Shown here in pieces: positions 36,760-47,489 of a stretch of DNA of 64,000 nucleotides. Within the stretch, counting starts at the first letter, position 1. Every line of letters starts with the position of its first letter. The DNA comes from Candidatus Saccharimonadales bacterium (GTDB lineage Bacteria; Patescibacteriota; Saccharimonadia; Saccharimonadales; Saccharimonadaceae): positions 793-64,792 of the forward strand of contig JBBRCG010000004.1 in assembly GCA_038205065.1 (NCBI GenBank), given 5' to 3'. A program made the position numbers and the translations under genes. Under the pieces are notes generated by a model. It made no database searches and was not told where the DNA came from. It saw nothing but the letters and a program-made list of their open reading frames with translations.

Positions 36760-37617
36760 ATGAAAATCAATTATATATCTCCCGATAAGCATAAGTACCT
36801 CCAACTACTGATGTCTCTCGATATGCCAGTGAAGAAATTATATTATACGGGCACATTGCCTGACGCGCGCCGACCGACCCTCGCGATCGTCGGTTCGCGT
36901 AAGCCCACGAGGTATGGTACAGAGGTGACAGAGCGTTTCGCTTCCGCACTTGCCAGTAAGGGTGTCATCATTGTGAGTGGCCTCGCACTCGGGGTCGACG
37001 CCATCGCGCACCGTGCCGCACTTGACGCTCATGGCACGACACTCGCCGTACTCGCAAATGCATTGCCGGAGATAAGTCCCCGCACAAACAGGGAACTGGG
37101 CGAGCGAATCATACGCGAAGGTGGCGCCGTTCTCTCAGAAACCGGCGAAGACGACCCACTCGGTAAATGGAGCTTTCTCTACCGCAATCGCATCGTCAGC
37201 GGTCTTTCTGACGCCATCCTCATCACAGAAGCAGGGGCTCGGAGCGGCACACTCAATACCGCCGCGCACGCGCTCGCGCAAGGCAAGGAAGTATTCGTCA
37301 TCCCCGGTAACATCACCAGCCCACTGTCTGCCGGGTGCAACAATCTCCTGAAACAAGGCGCCATCCCCGTAACTTCGCCGGATGATATCCTAGAAATAAT
37401 CGCGCCCGAGCTCTTAACGGCGCAGGCCTCGCTCGCCCTAGGATCAAACTCGCTCGAGACGGAGATCATCCGACTCCTCCAAAGCGGCATCCGTGACGGC
37501 GACGATATCCAATCAGAACTCAAGATCGACGCTTCCGAGCTCGCTGGCGCCCTCACGATGCTCGAATTGACTGGCACCATCCGCTCCCTCGGCGCCAATC
37601 AGTGGACCCTACGCTAA
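36760..37617 (+). CDS. dprA: DNA-protecting protein DprA
   Basis: AIVGSRK, VSGLALGVD..AH, RNRIVSGLS, EAGARSGTL.TA, GNI....SAGCN.L. Confidence 0.96.
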   Translation: MKINYISPDKHKYLQLLMSLDMPVKKLYYTGTLPDARRPTLAIVGSRKPTRYGTEVTERFASALASKGVIIVSGLALGVDAIAHRAALDAHGTTLAVLANALPEISPRTNRELGERIIREGGAVLSETGEDDPLGKWSFLYRNRIVSGLSDAILITEAGARSGTLNTAAHALAQGKEVFVIPGNITSPLSAGCNNLLKQGAIPVTSPDDILEIIAPELLTAQASLALGSNSLETEIIRLLQSGIRDGDDIQSELKIDASELAGALTMLELTGTIRSLGANQWTLR

Positions 37618-37687
37618 TACCTTGACTATTCTTGTATACCATGCTATTAATACATGGTCCCGCACATCCGAATACAAGGAGGTCGCC

Positions 37688-37900
37688 ATGCGCGACGATA
37701 CCGACACACTGTCACCGCGTCCGCTCTCAGAGACGGACCGAGCACTTACCAAACAGCTCGGCTGGTGGCGGGCCGTCGCCATCGTCGCCGCCATCATCGC
37801 CCTGTTCGCTGTCATCGTCGCCCTCGAGGTGATCCGGCCCTGGGAGGCGAACACACCTTCGCTGGGCTGTCCGGCCACAGTTCAGCCGGCAGGGAGGTGA
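37688..37900 (+). CDS. Small single-TM hypothetical protein
   Basis: AAGGAGG SD; one hydrophobic helix. Confidence 0.55.
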   Translation: MRDDTDTLSPRPLSETDRALTKQLGWWRAVAIVAAIIALFAVIVALEVIRPWEANTPSLGCPATVQPAGR

Positions 37901-38101
37901 CGCCAGCCATCTGATCCTTGCGATGTGCGGCAGAGTGGCGCGCGGAAGACTTCGGTCACCGCGCGCTACGAAGCCAAGAAATAATTAATCTATACGTCCA
38001 ATTCGGGCGTTTTTTGTTATATTTGCATTTTGAATTCGGGTGCGGTAGTATAAGCCGTTGTTTGGCGGATACGCCATATAGATATATAGTGGACAAGAAG
38101 C

Positions 38102-40420
38102 ATGAGCAAAAACCTAGTAATAGTAGAGTCACCCGCAAAAGCAAAAACTATCGAGAAATACCTCGGGAGTGATTTTACCGTGCTCTCGAGCGTCGGCCAC
38201 ATCCGTAGTATCGCCAAGAAGACAAAAGACGGCACGCCACCGATCGATGTCAAAAACGAATTTGAGACTGTCTATGAGATCGACCCTGAGAAAAAGAAAA
38301 TTATTACTGGACTCAAAAAAGCCGTCAAAACCGTCGGCGCAGGCAATGTCTGGCTCGCAACGGACGAAGACCGCGAAGGGGAGGCGATCGCCTGGCACCT
38401 CTGTGAAGTGCTTGGTCTCGACCCTGTACATACGAAGCGCATTGTGTTCCACGAGATCACAAAAACCGCCATCCAAGAGGCGATCAAGAAGCCTCGCACC
38501 GTCGACATGAGCTTAGTACGCGCCCAACAGGCCCGCCAGATCCTCGACCGTATCGTCGGTTTCGAGCTCAGTCCTGTCGTATGGCAAAAAGTCCCCGGCG
38601 GCAAATCAGCCGGCCGCGTCCAGAGTCCCGCCGTTCGCCTGATCGTCGAGCGCGAGCGCGATATCCGTGGGTTTGAGGGAGCCGCTGAATTCAAGGTCAT
38701 CGCCATTTTCGTCCACGACCACCAAGAGATCAAAGCCGAACTTAGCAAGCGCTTCGCGACCGAGGAAGAGGCGCACGCGTTCCTCGCGAGCCTGGTTGAT
38801 GCGACATTTACCGTCAGCGCTATTCAGACGAATCCTGGCACGCGTAATCCTGCCGCACCATTTACGACCAGCACCCTCCAACAAGAGGCGAACTCGAAGC
38901 TCGGCATGAGCAGCCGCTCGACAATGTCCGCCGCCCAGAAACTCTACCAGGAGGGTCGGATCACCTATATGCGTACCGACAGCGTCAACCTCGGTGGGCA
39001 AGCAATTGCCGCCATCGCCGACTACGTCAAACGACTTTACGGACATGATTACAGCCAAGTGCGTAAATTCAAGACGAAATCCGCCGGCGCCCAAGAGGCT
39101 CATGAAGCCATCCGCCCAACTGACATCTCTCGAGAAGATGTGAGTGGCGATAGCTACGAACAGAAATTATACGATCTCATCCGCCGCCGCACCCTCGCAA
39201 GCCAGATGGCTCCCGCCAAGCTCGAGAACACGACGGTGACGATTACTATTAGTAATGCCGCAAAGTCGCTGACTTTTGAAGCTAAAGGCCAAGTCATTAT
39301 CTTTGATGGGTACCTGCGCGTCTACAATCTGTCATCGAAGGACGATAACGTCCTCCCTCCGCTCGTCAGTGGCGATAACCTCACGGCATATCAGATCGAA
39401 GCCCGCCAGGTCTTCTCGCGCCCACCAGCCCGCTACAGCGAGGGCTCCCTCGTGAAGAAACTCGAGGAACTCGGCATCGGCCGCCCGTCCACTTACGCGA
39501 CGATCATCAATACCGTTCAGACCCGTGGATACGTGGAGCGTGGCGAAGACGAAGGCAAACCGCGAGAAATTATCGTTCTCCAGCTCATCGATGGTGACGT
39601 CGAACGCTCTGTTGTCGAGGAAAAGACCGGCTCTACCAGGGGTAAGCTCGTCCCGACGCCTTCCGGCGAACTCATCTCGGACTTCCTCTCGACCCACTTC
39701 GAGCCAGTCGTCGACTACGGCTTCACCGCGAGCGTCGAAGAGCATTTCGACGATATCGCCGCCAGCAAACTCGAGCGCAACCAGATGCTCAAAGACTTTT
39801 ACGCGCCATTCCATGAATTGATCGAACACTCAGGCGATATCGATCGCTCAACAGTGGGGCAGGCCACGGAAGTCGGTATCGATCCTAAATCAGGTCGTCC
39901 AATCATCGCGCGATTTGGTCGCTTCGGGCCGATGCTCCAAATGGGTGCCACTGAGGACAAAGACAACAAACCGCAATTCGCCCCTATGCCACGCGGCGCT
40001 CGTATCGAAACAGTCACTCTCGAGCAAGCCCTCAAGGCCTTCGAACTGCCTCGCGTCGTCGGGACGACCGAAGATGGCCAGGAGATCAAAGCCAACGTCG
40101 GCCGCTTCGGACCCTATATCCAGGTTGGCAAACTATTCGTGAGCATGAAAGAACATGACCCCCGTGAGATCACCGAGGACGAAGCCCGTACACTCTACGC
40201 CGTCAAACTCAAGACTGAATCAGAGAAAACGATCTCAGACTGGGGAACTATCAAGGTGTTGAATGGTCGTTTCGGCGCCTATATCACTGACGGCAAGAAG
40301 AACGCCAAGATCCCTAAAGATTCAGACCCCAAAGAAATAACACAGGTAGCCGCAAAGAAGCTTCTCTCTGAAGCGCCCGCCAAGTCTGCCAAACGCCGCT
40401 TCGCACGCAAGCAAAAATAA
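38102..40420 (+). CDS. topA: DNA topoisomerase I with Toprim_C_rpt-type tail
   Basis: IVESPAKAKTI, ATDEDREGE, SAGRVQSPA, ITYMRTDS, AQEAHEAIRP; GRFGPY C-terminal repeats. Confidence 0.97.
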   Translation: MSKNLVIVESPAKAKTIEKYLGSDFTVLSSVGHIRSIAKKTKDGTPPIDVKNEFETVYEIDPEKKKIITGLKKAVKTVGAGNVWLATDEDREGEAIAWHLCEVLGLDPVHTKRIVFHEITKTAIQEAIKKPRTVDMSLVRAQQARQILDRIVGFELSPVVWQKVPGGKSAGRVQSPAVRLIVERERDIRGFEGAAEFKVIAIFVHDHQEIKAELSKRFATEEEAHAFLASLVDATFTVSAIQTNPGTRNPAAPFTTSTLQQEANSKLGMSSRSTMSAAQKLYQEGRITYMRTDSVNLGGQAIAAIADYVKRLYGHDYSQVRKFKTKSAGAQEAHEAIRPTDISREDVSGDSYEQKLYDLIRRRTLASQMAPAKLENTTVTITISNAAKSLTFEAKGQVIIFDGYLRVYNLSSKDDNVLPPLVSGDNLTAYQIEARQVFSRPPARYSEGSLVKKLEELGIGRPSTYATIINTVQTRGYVERGEDEGKPREIIVLQLIDGDVERSVVEEKTGSTRGKLVPTPSGELISDFLSTHFEPVVDYGFTASVEEHFDDIAASKLERNQMLKDFYAPFHELIEHSGDIDRSTVGQATEVGIDPKSGRPIIARFGRFGPMLQMGATEDKDNKPQFAPMPRGARIETVTLEQALKAFELPRVVGTTEDGQEIKANVGRFGPYIQVGKLFVSMKEHDPREITEDEARTLYAVKLKTESEKTISDWGTIKVLNGRFGAYITDGKKNAKIPKDSDPKEITQVAAKKLLSEAPAKSAKRRFARKQK

Positions 40421-40560
40421 TAGTCATTCCCGCTTCACCCTATGAACCGTTCACGTCGATATGACTCCAGCGAACTGACCGTGCACTATTTACATTTGTT
40501 ATATTTATGCTAATGTGTCCATAGGTCAGAGTGGCCACATATAATAAGGATGTGCTTCCT

Positions 40561-40992
40561 ATGGCACCTATTGCCGCAACCAGCCCCGTTCGCTTCACCG
40601 CACTCAACTCGAGAGAGCTGCAATGCGCTGCCTGGATCTGCACCTTGGACACGGACCGCTTCATCATGGACGGCTTCGGCACCAGCCCAGATGACGAGTA
40701 CCACTACAAGGGACAGATCAAGGTCCACCGAGCCTACCACCACGACCCGGAGGGTACCCCTGACGGAGAGTATGGCCTGGAGATCTGGGTTTACGGTGAC
40801 ATAAACCCCGCATACAACAAAGCGCTCGATGTTCTCCTAGGTGAGGAAATGACCCAGCAACTGAGAGCCGCCCTCGATTGGAGGGGAGCCCCCGTCACTG
40901 ACCAAAAGTACGCCTCCGAGGTTCTCGGCCGAATCCTGGACGACAGCCACCTCCGGATGAGGCGTCCAACACAAGCCGGGAAAACCACCTAG
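40561..40992 (+). CDS. Hypothetical protein (ORFan)
   Basis: TAAGGA SD; 13-bp-plus stem 41010-41072 downstream. Confidence 0.6.
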   Translation: MAPIAATSPVRFTALNSRELQCAAWICTLDTDRFIMDGFGTSPDDEYHYKGQIKVHRAYHHDPEGTPDGEYGLEIWVYGDINPAYNKALDVLLGEEMTQQLRAALDWRGAPVTDQKYASEVLGRILDDSHLRMRRPTQAGKTT

Positions 40993-41125
40993 GCCTAGCT
41001 ACCCACCCCATGACGAACCCACTCGTTGGCGATGCCAACTCGAGAGGACTCACTATCGGGTGGGTTCGTCATATTCCGAGATAGTGTTATATAATAGCCG
41101 AAGACCCCAACCTCGAAAGGTAAAA

Positions 41126-41398
41126 ATGGACCTCTTGGTGCTGTTAGTCCCGCCCGTCATCGTCATCGCTGGAGCGATCCTGACAGCGACAAGAGGGCGC
41201 GCGTCGGTTGTCTTGCTCATCGGCATGATAGCCTGCATCACCAGCCTCCTGGTTAATACTGTTGGTCTCATCTTCAGCCTGGCGGTGATCATCAGAGGTG
41301 AACCCCTGCGCCGTCCGATGAGGGCAACGCCAATCGAGGATAGGGCGAACGAGGATGATCCCTACCGGGGGGACTACATCGACAGTAAGGCCTCATAG
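41126..41398 (+). CDS. Small membrane protein (ORFan)
   Basis: GAAAGG SD; two TMs; GAGCCCG...CGGGCTC hairpin downstream. Confidence 0.5.
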   Translation: MDLLVLLVPPVIVIAGAILTATRGRASVVLLIGMIACITSLLVNTVGLIFSLAVIIRGEPLRRPMRATPIEDRANEDDPYRGDYIDSKAS

Positions 41399-41688
41399 CC
41401 CGCCTACGAATCGAGCCCGTATCCCCCAGGGGATCACCGCTCTTCGGAGGCGGGCTCAGTTCGTACAGGGGGTAGATTTGACTACTGCAATATCTGTGTT
41501 CACGCTCATCATACTTCCGCACAATAAAAACTCCGAAAAAAGTATTTACCATAAGCGTCGAAGTTGTGATATAATCATGTCAGACAGACAATATGTTTGA
41601 CATGGAATAAGTTTTGTTCTATAATGACATACATCGTACAATAGCAACAGATTAAACGGTGAGGCAGAGAGGTTTTAATTAATAAGCC

Positions 41689-42741
41689 ATGAGTGAACCT
41701 GTAGCAAAAGACACGGCCGCTGAATTGAAGTCAGCAGTACAGGACATTTTAAAGACTATCGAGCAGGAGCGCGAACGAGAAATCATCACGCGCCGTTTTG
41801 GGCTCTTTGATCGCAAAGAAACACTCGAGCAAATTGGCGAACTACTTGGCATCACCCGCGAGCGTGTCCGACAGCTCGAAAAAGCCATTCTCATCCGTCT
41901 CAAAATCGCCGCCGAAGAGGGTCGCATCCCTGTGGTTGGCGACGTCGAAAAGCTTATTATCCGCGACCTCTCCGAAAATGGCCGAGTCGCTCGAGTCCAA
42001 GACATGGCGCTCCGACTCACTGAAAAAACCGAAAGTACCGTCAAGGCGCACCTCGCGTTTGTCGGTGAAATTTCCTCAAAACTCGTAACCATCTCTGAGA
42101 ACGACAACTACTTCCAGGGTATCGGTATCTCTGAGTACGGAGACGAGCGAAAGGTAAAGAACCGTGTCGATGAGATCGTCAAAGCGATCAAGAAGCACGC
42201 CGAACCCCTCAGTATCGAGACACTTTACGACCAACTCGACGGCTATGAAACACCCGAACAGGTCCGCGCCCTCGCAACCCTCAGCAAACTTCTCGCTGAG
42301 CTTAAGGGTATTTGGGGCCTCACCAAGTGGCCAACCGTCAACCCAAAGAACATCCGTGACAAGATCTACGTCATCCTCGCCGACAATGGCAAACCGATGC
42401 ACTTCAGCAATATCGCTGGCAAAATCAAAGAGAGCGATTTCAAGCGTAAGGACGTCACTACTCAGGCAATCCACAACGAACTGATCAAAGACAAGCGCTT
42501 CGTCCTCATCGGTCGCGGCATCTACGCCCTCGATAGCTGGGGCTACAGCAAGGGAACTGTCAGCGACATCATCACTGAAGTCCTCAAAAAAGCCGGCGAA
42601 CCGCTCCACCGCGACGAGATCGTCAAGCGCGTCCTCAAAAGCCGCCAGGTGAAAGAGACGACTATTCTCTTGAACCTCCAGAGCAAATCCGACTTCAAGC
42701 GCGTCGCCAAGGCGACCTACAGCCTCGCAGAAAAAATCTAG
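41689..42741 (+). CDS. Sigma-70 region 4 HTH plus C-terminal HARE-HTH (RpoE/delta-like) protein
   Basis: RRFGL...ETLEQIGELLGITRERVRQLE; C-terminal PMHFSNIA..I...TTQAIHNELIKD.RFVLIGRGIYAL. Confidence 0.85.
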   Translation: MSEPVAKDTAAELKSAVQDILKTIEQEREREIITRRFGLFDRKETLEQIGELLGITRERVRQLEKAILIRLKIAAEEGRIPVVGDVEKLIIRDLSENGRVARVQDMALRLTEKTESTVKAHLAFVGEISSKLVTISENDNYFQGIGISEYGDERKVKNRVDEIVKAIKKHAEPLSIETLYDQLDGYETPEQVRALATLSKLLAELKGIWGLTKWPTVNPKNIRDKIYVILADNGKPMHFSNIAGKIKESDFKRKDVTTQAIHNELIKDKRFVLIGRGIYALDSWGYSKGTVSDIITEVLKKAGEPLHRDEIVKRVLKSRQVKETTILLNLQSKSDFKRVAKATYSLAEKI

Positions 42742-42788
42742 TCCGATATGACTAGTAGTAGAGCAGCCGGTTCACCGGCTGTTTTCGT

Positions 42789-42869
42789 GTTCTTTTTGCC
42801 AAAGAACCGAAAGGCCTCGCTTCGTATGGCAAAGTGAGGATCTTTGCTACTTTTGATTTGAAAAGAAGG
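42789..42869. repeat. Miniature copy of the 32975-33421 element (three short hairpins)
   Basis: 42830-42869 matches 33382-33421 at 38/40 nt; 42789-42807 matches 32975-32993 at 17/19 nt. Confidence 0.75.
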
Positions 42870-42924
42870 AATTACTGCTTACCCTTGCATTTTACCCCTG
42901 TTTGTGATACAATCGACCTCAGTT

Positions 42925-45702
42925 ATGGAATTCATCTCGATGGTCATCGGTTTTTTGCTTCAATGGTACGTCTGGGCGCCCATCGTTCTTATCCTCGCGT
43001 ACCTAACCTGGCGCAACAATCAGCAGGTGACAGTGGTCCGCAACACCGAGAGTGTCCTCCTGATGCTCGAGATCCCGAAAGCTAACGACAAGTCCGAGCT
43101 CGCCGCCGAGCAGCTCTTCGCAAGCCTCCACGGTATTCTGCGCGACGCCAAAGAGCTTAAGGCGAATGGGGGATACCAGGAACATCTCAGCTTTGAGTTC
43201 GCCTCTGTGGGCGGACGTATTCGCTTCTACGTCTGGACCCCAAAATCTCTCCAGAATTTCGTCGAAGGACAGATTTACTCTCAATATCCGACGGTCCAGA
43301 TTCACGAAGCCGAAGAGGACTATGTCAGCCACGAACGCCAGCATAGTGTTGTTTACACCTCTGAGGAGGTCTTAACGACGACCGAATTCCTCCCGATCAA
43401 GACATTCCAGAGCTTCGAGGTGGACCCGCTCGCCGGAATCACCGGTACACTCGCCAAACTCGAGGACACCAAAGATGAGATCTGGATCCAAATCCTCGTC
43501 CGCCCGATCGCTGATGATTGGCACAAACAGTCCGAGAAGTGGATCGCCCGTATCAGGAGCGGTAAATCTGGCGGCTCATTCTTTGACGCCAAGTGGCTAG
43601 GGATGCTATTTGAAGCGCTCTGGAAAGCTCCCGAGGAAGGGGAGAAGGCGAAAGCACCCGAAATCTCAGACCGCGACAAGACGCGCTTAGCCGAGGCAGA
43701 GAAAAAGGCAAACAAGCTCGGCTACCAAGTCAAAATCCGCCTCGCCTACCTCGGCGAGAGCCAAACGACCGCCAAACTCAATATGCAGGCAATCGTGGGC
43801 ACGTTCAAACAGTTCAACTCGACAAACCTCAACGGGTTCAAGATGGCGAGTGAGAGTTTCCGTAAAGAAGATCTCGGCAAATATAAGAGTCGCATCTTTG
43901 CCGATAGGGGATACATCCTCAATATCGAGGAAGTGGCTTCCGTATTCCACCTACCGCACACAAATGTCGAAACCCCGAATATCGTCTGGGCATCGAATAA
44001 AACCGCCGAACCACCCGCGAAACTGCCGGTGATTACCGGAGATCCAGCCGTCGACGAGAACATTTCTGCGTTCGGGCTCACGAACTTCCGCGGTATATTC
44101 CACCAATTCGGCATGCTGCGCTACGACCGCTCGCGCCACCTCTATATCATTGGTCAGACTGGCGCCGGAAAATCGGGCACGCTCGAGCTCCTCGCCCTCT
44201 CAGACATCTACCACGGCCAAGGCTATGCCATTATCGACCCACACGGCGACTTCGCCATCAATAACATGAAATTTATCCCTGGTAGTCGCATGCAGGACGT
44301 GGTCTATTTCAACCCAGCCGACACTGAGTTCCCCCTAGGGTTCAACCCGCTCGAGGTCACTGATCCATCACATAAGACGAACATTAGCTCGGAAGTTATC
44401 GGCGTATTGAAACGCATGTTCGGCGAATCATGGGGCCCGCGACTCGAATATATCTTGCGCTATACCATCCTCGCACTGCTCGATCGCCCCGAGACCACGA
44501 TGCTCGATATCACCCGTATGCTCACCGACAAACGTTTCCGCAAAGAGACGCTCAGCTACTGTCGGGACACCGTCGTACTCCAGTTCTGGAATATCGAATT
44601 TGATAGCTGGACAGAGAAGTTCCAGTCTGAGGCTATCGCTCCAGTGCTCAATAAGGTCGGTGCCTTTACGGCAAACCCAGTCATCCGAAACATCATCGGC
44701 CAACCAAAGTCTACCTTCAATATCCGTACGATGATGGATGAAGGCAAGATCCTGATCGTCAATCTCAGTAAGGGTCTTATCGGCGAGGACAACGCCGGTA
44801 TTCTCGGTGCGTTCCTAGTCACAAAGATTCAGCTAGCCGCCATGAGCCGTAGCGATATCCCCGATATTGAGGATCGCCGTCCGTTCTACCTCTACGTAGA
44901 CGAGTTCCAAAACTTCGCGACCGACTCCTTTGCGACCATCCTCTCAGAGGCGCGCAAGTACGGCCTGAACTTAACCGTTGCCAACCAGTACATCTCACAG
45001 ATGTCTGACACAGTTCGTAATGCCGTATTTGGTAACGTCGGTACGATGATGAGCTTCCGCGCATCTGCTGATGACGCCGCGACGCTTGGCAAGCAATTCG
45101 AGCCCCAGTTTGAGCCAAATGACCTATTGCAGATGCATAATCGCAACTTCATCATCAACATGGTGATCAACGGTGAGAAAGCCCCCGCCTTCAGCGCTAG
45201 CACGCTCAATCTCCCGACCGCCACCTCCGACAACACCCATGAGATCATCCAGAACACCCGCGCCAATTATGGCCGCCCGCGGTCTGAAATCGAACGCGAG
45301 ATCTCAGACAGGATATTGCCACCACAAGCCCTCCAAACAAAAGGGAAGGGCAACCCTGGCTATTCAGAGAATCAGAAACAATTCCTCGCCGAAGAGGGGA
45401 TCGCCTTTGAGGCGCCCGCAAGTAAGCAACCCACCGGCGAGAACGGTGCCCCGAGCCCCACAGAGCCCGCGACAACCCGCGAGCAACCAGAGAGGGAAGC
45501 GAACACCCCCGCCCTACCAGTCGATGATGGACAGCCAAAGAAGCGCAAACGCAGCCGTAGCCGCGGCAGGAGGCCATCGGAAAGCAGCAGTAGCCAAGAA
45601 GTGCATTCAGAAGGCCAAGACCGACCCGCCGCTACTGCCTATGCGCCTGCCACACCAGCCCCAAGACGAGTTGAAGACCCAACACTTCTTAAACTTCACT
45701 AG
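42925..45702 (+). CDS. VirD4/TraD-like (DUF87/TrwB) coupling ATPase, CPR-type
   Basis: RHLYIIGQTGAGKS, IIDPHGD, YVDEFQNF, SEARKY.L.L..ANQY; N-terminal TM; low-complexity C-terminus. Confidence 0.88.
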   Translation: MEFISMVIGFLLQWYVWAPIVLILAYLTWRNNQQVTVVRNTESVLLMLEIPKANDKSELAAEQLFASLHGILRDAKELKANGGYQEHLSFEFASVGGRIRFYVWTPKSLQNFVEGQIYSQYPTVQIHEAEEDYVSHERQHSVVYTSEEVLTTTEFLPIKTFQSFEVDPLAGITGTLAKLEDTKDEIWIQILVRPIADDWHKQSEKWIARIRSGKSGGSFFDAKWLGMLFEALWKAPEEGEKAKAPEISDRDKTRLAEAEKKANKLGYQVKIRLAYLGESQTTAKLNMQAIVGTFKQFNSTNLNGFKMASESFRKEDLGKYKSRIFADRGYILNIEEVASVFHLPHTNVETPNIVWASNKTAEPPAKLPVITGDPAVDENISAFGLTNFRGIFHQFGMLRYDRSRHLYIIGQTGAGKSGTLELLALSDIYHGQGYAIIDPHGDFAINNMKFIPGSRMQDVVYFNPADTEFPLGFNPLEVTDPSHKTNISSEVIGVLKRMFGESWGPRLEYILRYTILALLDRPETTMLDITRMLTDKRFRKETLSYCRDTVVLQFWNIEFDSWTEKFQSEAIAPVLNKVGAFTANPVIRNIIGQPKSTFNIRTMMDEGKILIVNLSKGLIGEDNAGILGAFLVTKIQLAAMSRSDIPDIEDRRPFYLYVDEFQNFATDSFATILSEARKYGLNLTVANQYISQMSDTVRNAVFGNVGTMMSFRASADDAATLGKQFEPQFEPNDLLQMHNRNFIINMVINGEKAPAFSASTLNLPTATSDNTHEIIQNTRANYGRPRSEIEREISDRILPPQALQTKGKGNPGYSENQKQFLAEEGIAFEAPASKQPTGENGAPSPTEPATTREQPEREANTPALPVDDGQPKKRKRSRSRGRRPSESSSSQEVHSEGQDRPAATAYAPATPAPRRVEDPTLLKLH

Positions 45703-45864
45703 GGATAAAGTCGCCACCTACGCCCACAGCCCCACACACAGCGTCACCACTGCATGCTCTCTTATTTATAGTTACGAGATATCGAGATTATGGGTTGCCG
45801 CCCCCATAGGCAAGGGGACATACCCTGCCCGACCTCTATTAAAAAACTAGCCCTGACAGGTATT

Positions 45865-45879
45865 AGAACAAATATAGAA
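45865..45879. promoter_or_regulatory. GAAC-N7-GAAC direct repeat (LexA-box-like), copy 1
   Basis: GAACAAATATAGAAC. Confidence 0.4.
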
Positions 45880-46465
45880 CTCTCATAATATGGCCAGATC
45901 TAGGCACGTGCGGACAGAAATCCAGTAAACCCATAGACCGACAGCCACGAGGCCTCAATAGGCAGTCTGCGGGAATCAATGGCTCGCTAAAAGTAGGGGA
46001 CAAATTCTCATTGCAGGTGAGTCGGAAAATTACGCCACAAACACGCCGCAGGGAATGAATACTTGGTCATGATTTGAACATAGAGTTAACGTCGCACAAT
46101 ATATCTTTTACGACACTAACAATAGTAGTCAAAGTTGAATCAGCATACTACCTATAAGACTGCTAAAGAGGCCAAATCTCCTGTCGAGGGGAGTACCACG
46201 CTTTCGCGTCCATTAACTGCGCGCTATTTGTGTATTACTTACATTCATTACCGCCTACATACCTACGTGGCTCCAGCTATCACATTCGAGAGGGCTTGTT
46301 GTCATTTTTGCAAGGTCTCACTATGGGCCTTGAGGTTTTCCACATGCGGCATGCATGTTTTGACTTTTCACTACTTTTATATTCCCCCACTGCTTTTCCC
46401 TATTTTCGAATCACTATTTGCATTTCCCTACTTTCGATATTTTAGTATGTTTTTTACAAAAATTC

Positions 46466-46480
46466 GAACATTTATAGAAC
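46466..46480. promoter_or_regulatory. GAAC-N7-GAAC direct repeat (LexA-box-like), copy 2
   Basis: GAACATTTATAGAAC, 13/15 identical to copy 1. Confidence 0.4.
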
Positions 46481-46518
46481 ACTCTCGTTTGAGAGGAAAG
46501 GGGGTCTCTTTGTTTTCC

Positions 46519-47469
46519 CTACTTATAGAACGCGCGGTTACTGACTCGGACGTCAAGATACGTGACACTGATTCCATGACTCGCAAGGTAGGTAACCGCA
46601 CGCGTCGCATCCTCCGCCTGCTCCCCTACTGCTCGATCGATGGAGAACTTGATCGGATACGCAATGCCCGCGCACTTCACCTCCACCTGACGCGTCGTGC
46701 CCGCAGGGAGGATGATATCGGTGACTTTATAGCCATAGCTACTCATACGACCCACCACGAGCCCGATAAAGCCCAGGAAGCGGTTGCTGACGAGTACTTG
46801 GTTGTTCGTCGCCTGTATGCCCGTCTGATCAACAACCTGTACGCTGGGCTCGCCGAAGTAATTCCTGGTAAATGCGACACCATTGCTGTCGACATACAAG
46901 CGGCTGCCACCTGTCTGCCAGACGACAACTGGCTCGCGGAAGCGAAGGTAGAGCGAGCTCTTACCGAACCCTGCATAGCCGATATTGCTTGAAACCGATA
47001 AGACCTCTGGTGCATCGTGGGTCTGAAGATACGTCGTCAAAGACGCAGTATTAAGTGCGAAACGAAAGCGTTCACCGGGATTCCTATTGAGATAATCGAT
47101 GATTTTTGACGCATACAACTGTTGGTCGATGGGTTTTGCGACCGCACTCGTGAGCTCGACGGTCCCAATTGATTGATAGACCAAGAATGCCAGTCCGGCG
47201 GCAGCGGCAAGTACGCCAAACAGCGCCAACCCGGCATGTTTACGGTGACGCCTGAGATGATGGGCGTGAACGCGAGATGATCTCAATTCAGAGTGGTGTT
47301 CGTTTACACTTGAGACCCCTGGGGACAAACTGCCAGTGAGCGTGCGGTTGCGACGAAATGTGAAGTGGTTATTCGTACTCGAAGCACTGTCCCGGTTCTC
47401 CCGAGGCGCGTCGTCATCCACAAGTCGCCGGCGCGGTACCGGTCGCTGTTTTTTGGTCATAAAACCCAT
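46519..47469 (-). CDS. ftsQ: Cell division protein FtsQ/DivIB-like
   Basis: Basic N-terminus, one TM, REPVVVW, ends YLDVRV..RAFYK; position after murG. Confidence 0.7.
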   Translation of the reverse strand: MGFMTKKQRPVPRRRLVDDDAPRENRDSASSTNNHFTFRRNRTLTGSLSPGVSSVNEHHSELRSSRVHAHHLRRHRKHAGLALFGVLAAAAGLAFLVYQSIGTVELTSAVAKPIDQQLYASKIIDYLNRNPGERFRFALNTASLTTYLQTHDAPEVLSVSSNIGYAGFGKSSLYLRFREPVVVWQTGGSRLYVDSNGVAFTRNYFGEPSVQVVDQTGIQATNNQVLVSNRFLGFIGLVVGRMSSYGYKVTDIILPAGTTRQVEVKCAGIAYPIKFSIDRAVGEQAEDATRAVTYLASHGISVTYLDVRVSNRAFYK

Positions 47470-47489
47470 GCTTACTGCTTATTTTACCA

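Noticed and set aside
42925-45702. Conjugative element or ICE
   Set aside because: No relaxase, VirB4/VirB6, integrase or att sites nearby; solitary VirD4-like ATPases next to this HTH gene are typical CPR chromosomal genes
45703-46518. Replication origin or terminus
   Set aside because: No DnaA-box cluster. By eye, plus-strand genes favour C-ending codons and minus-strand genes G/T-ending codons on both sides, so skew does not seem to flip. A whole-genome skew plot is needed to be certain.
46135-46992. 285-aa plus-strand ORF
   Set aside because: Overlaps ftsQ antisense, has atypical composition and no recognisable domain
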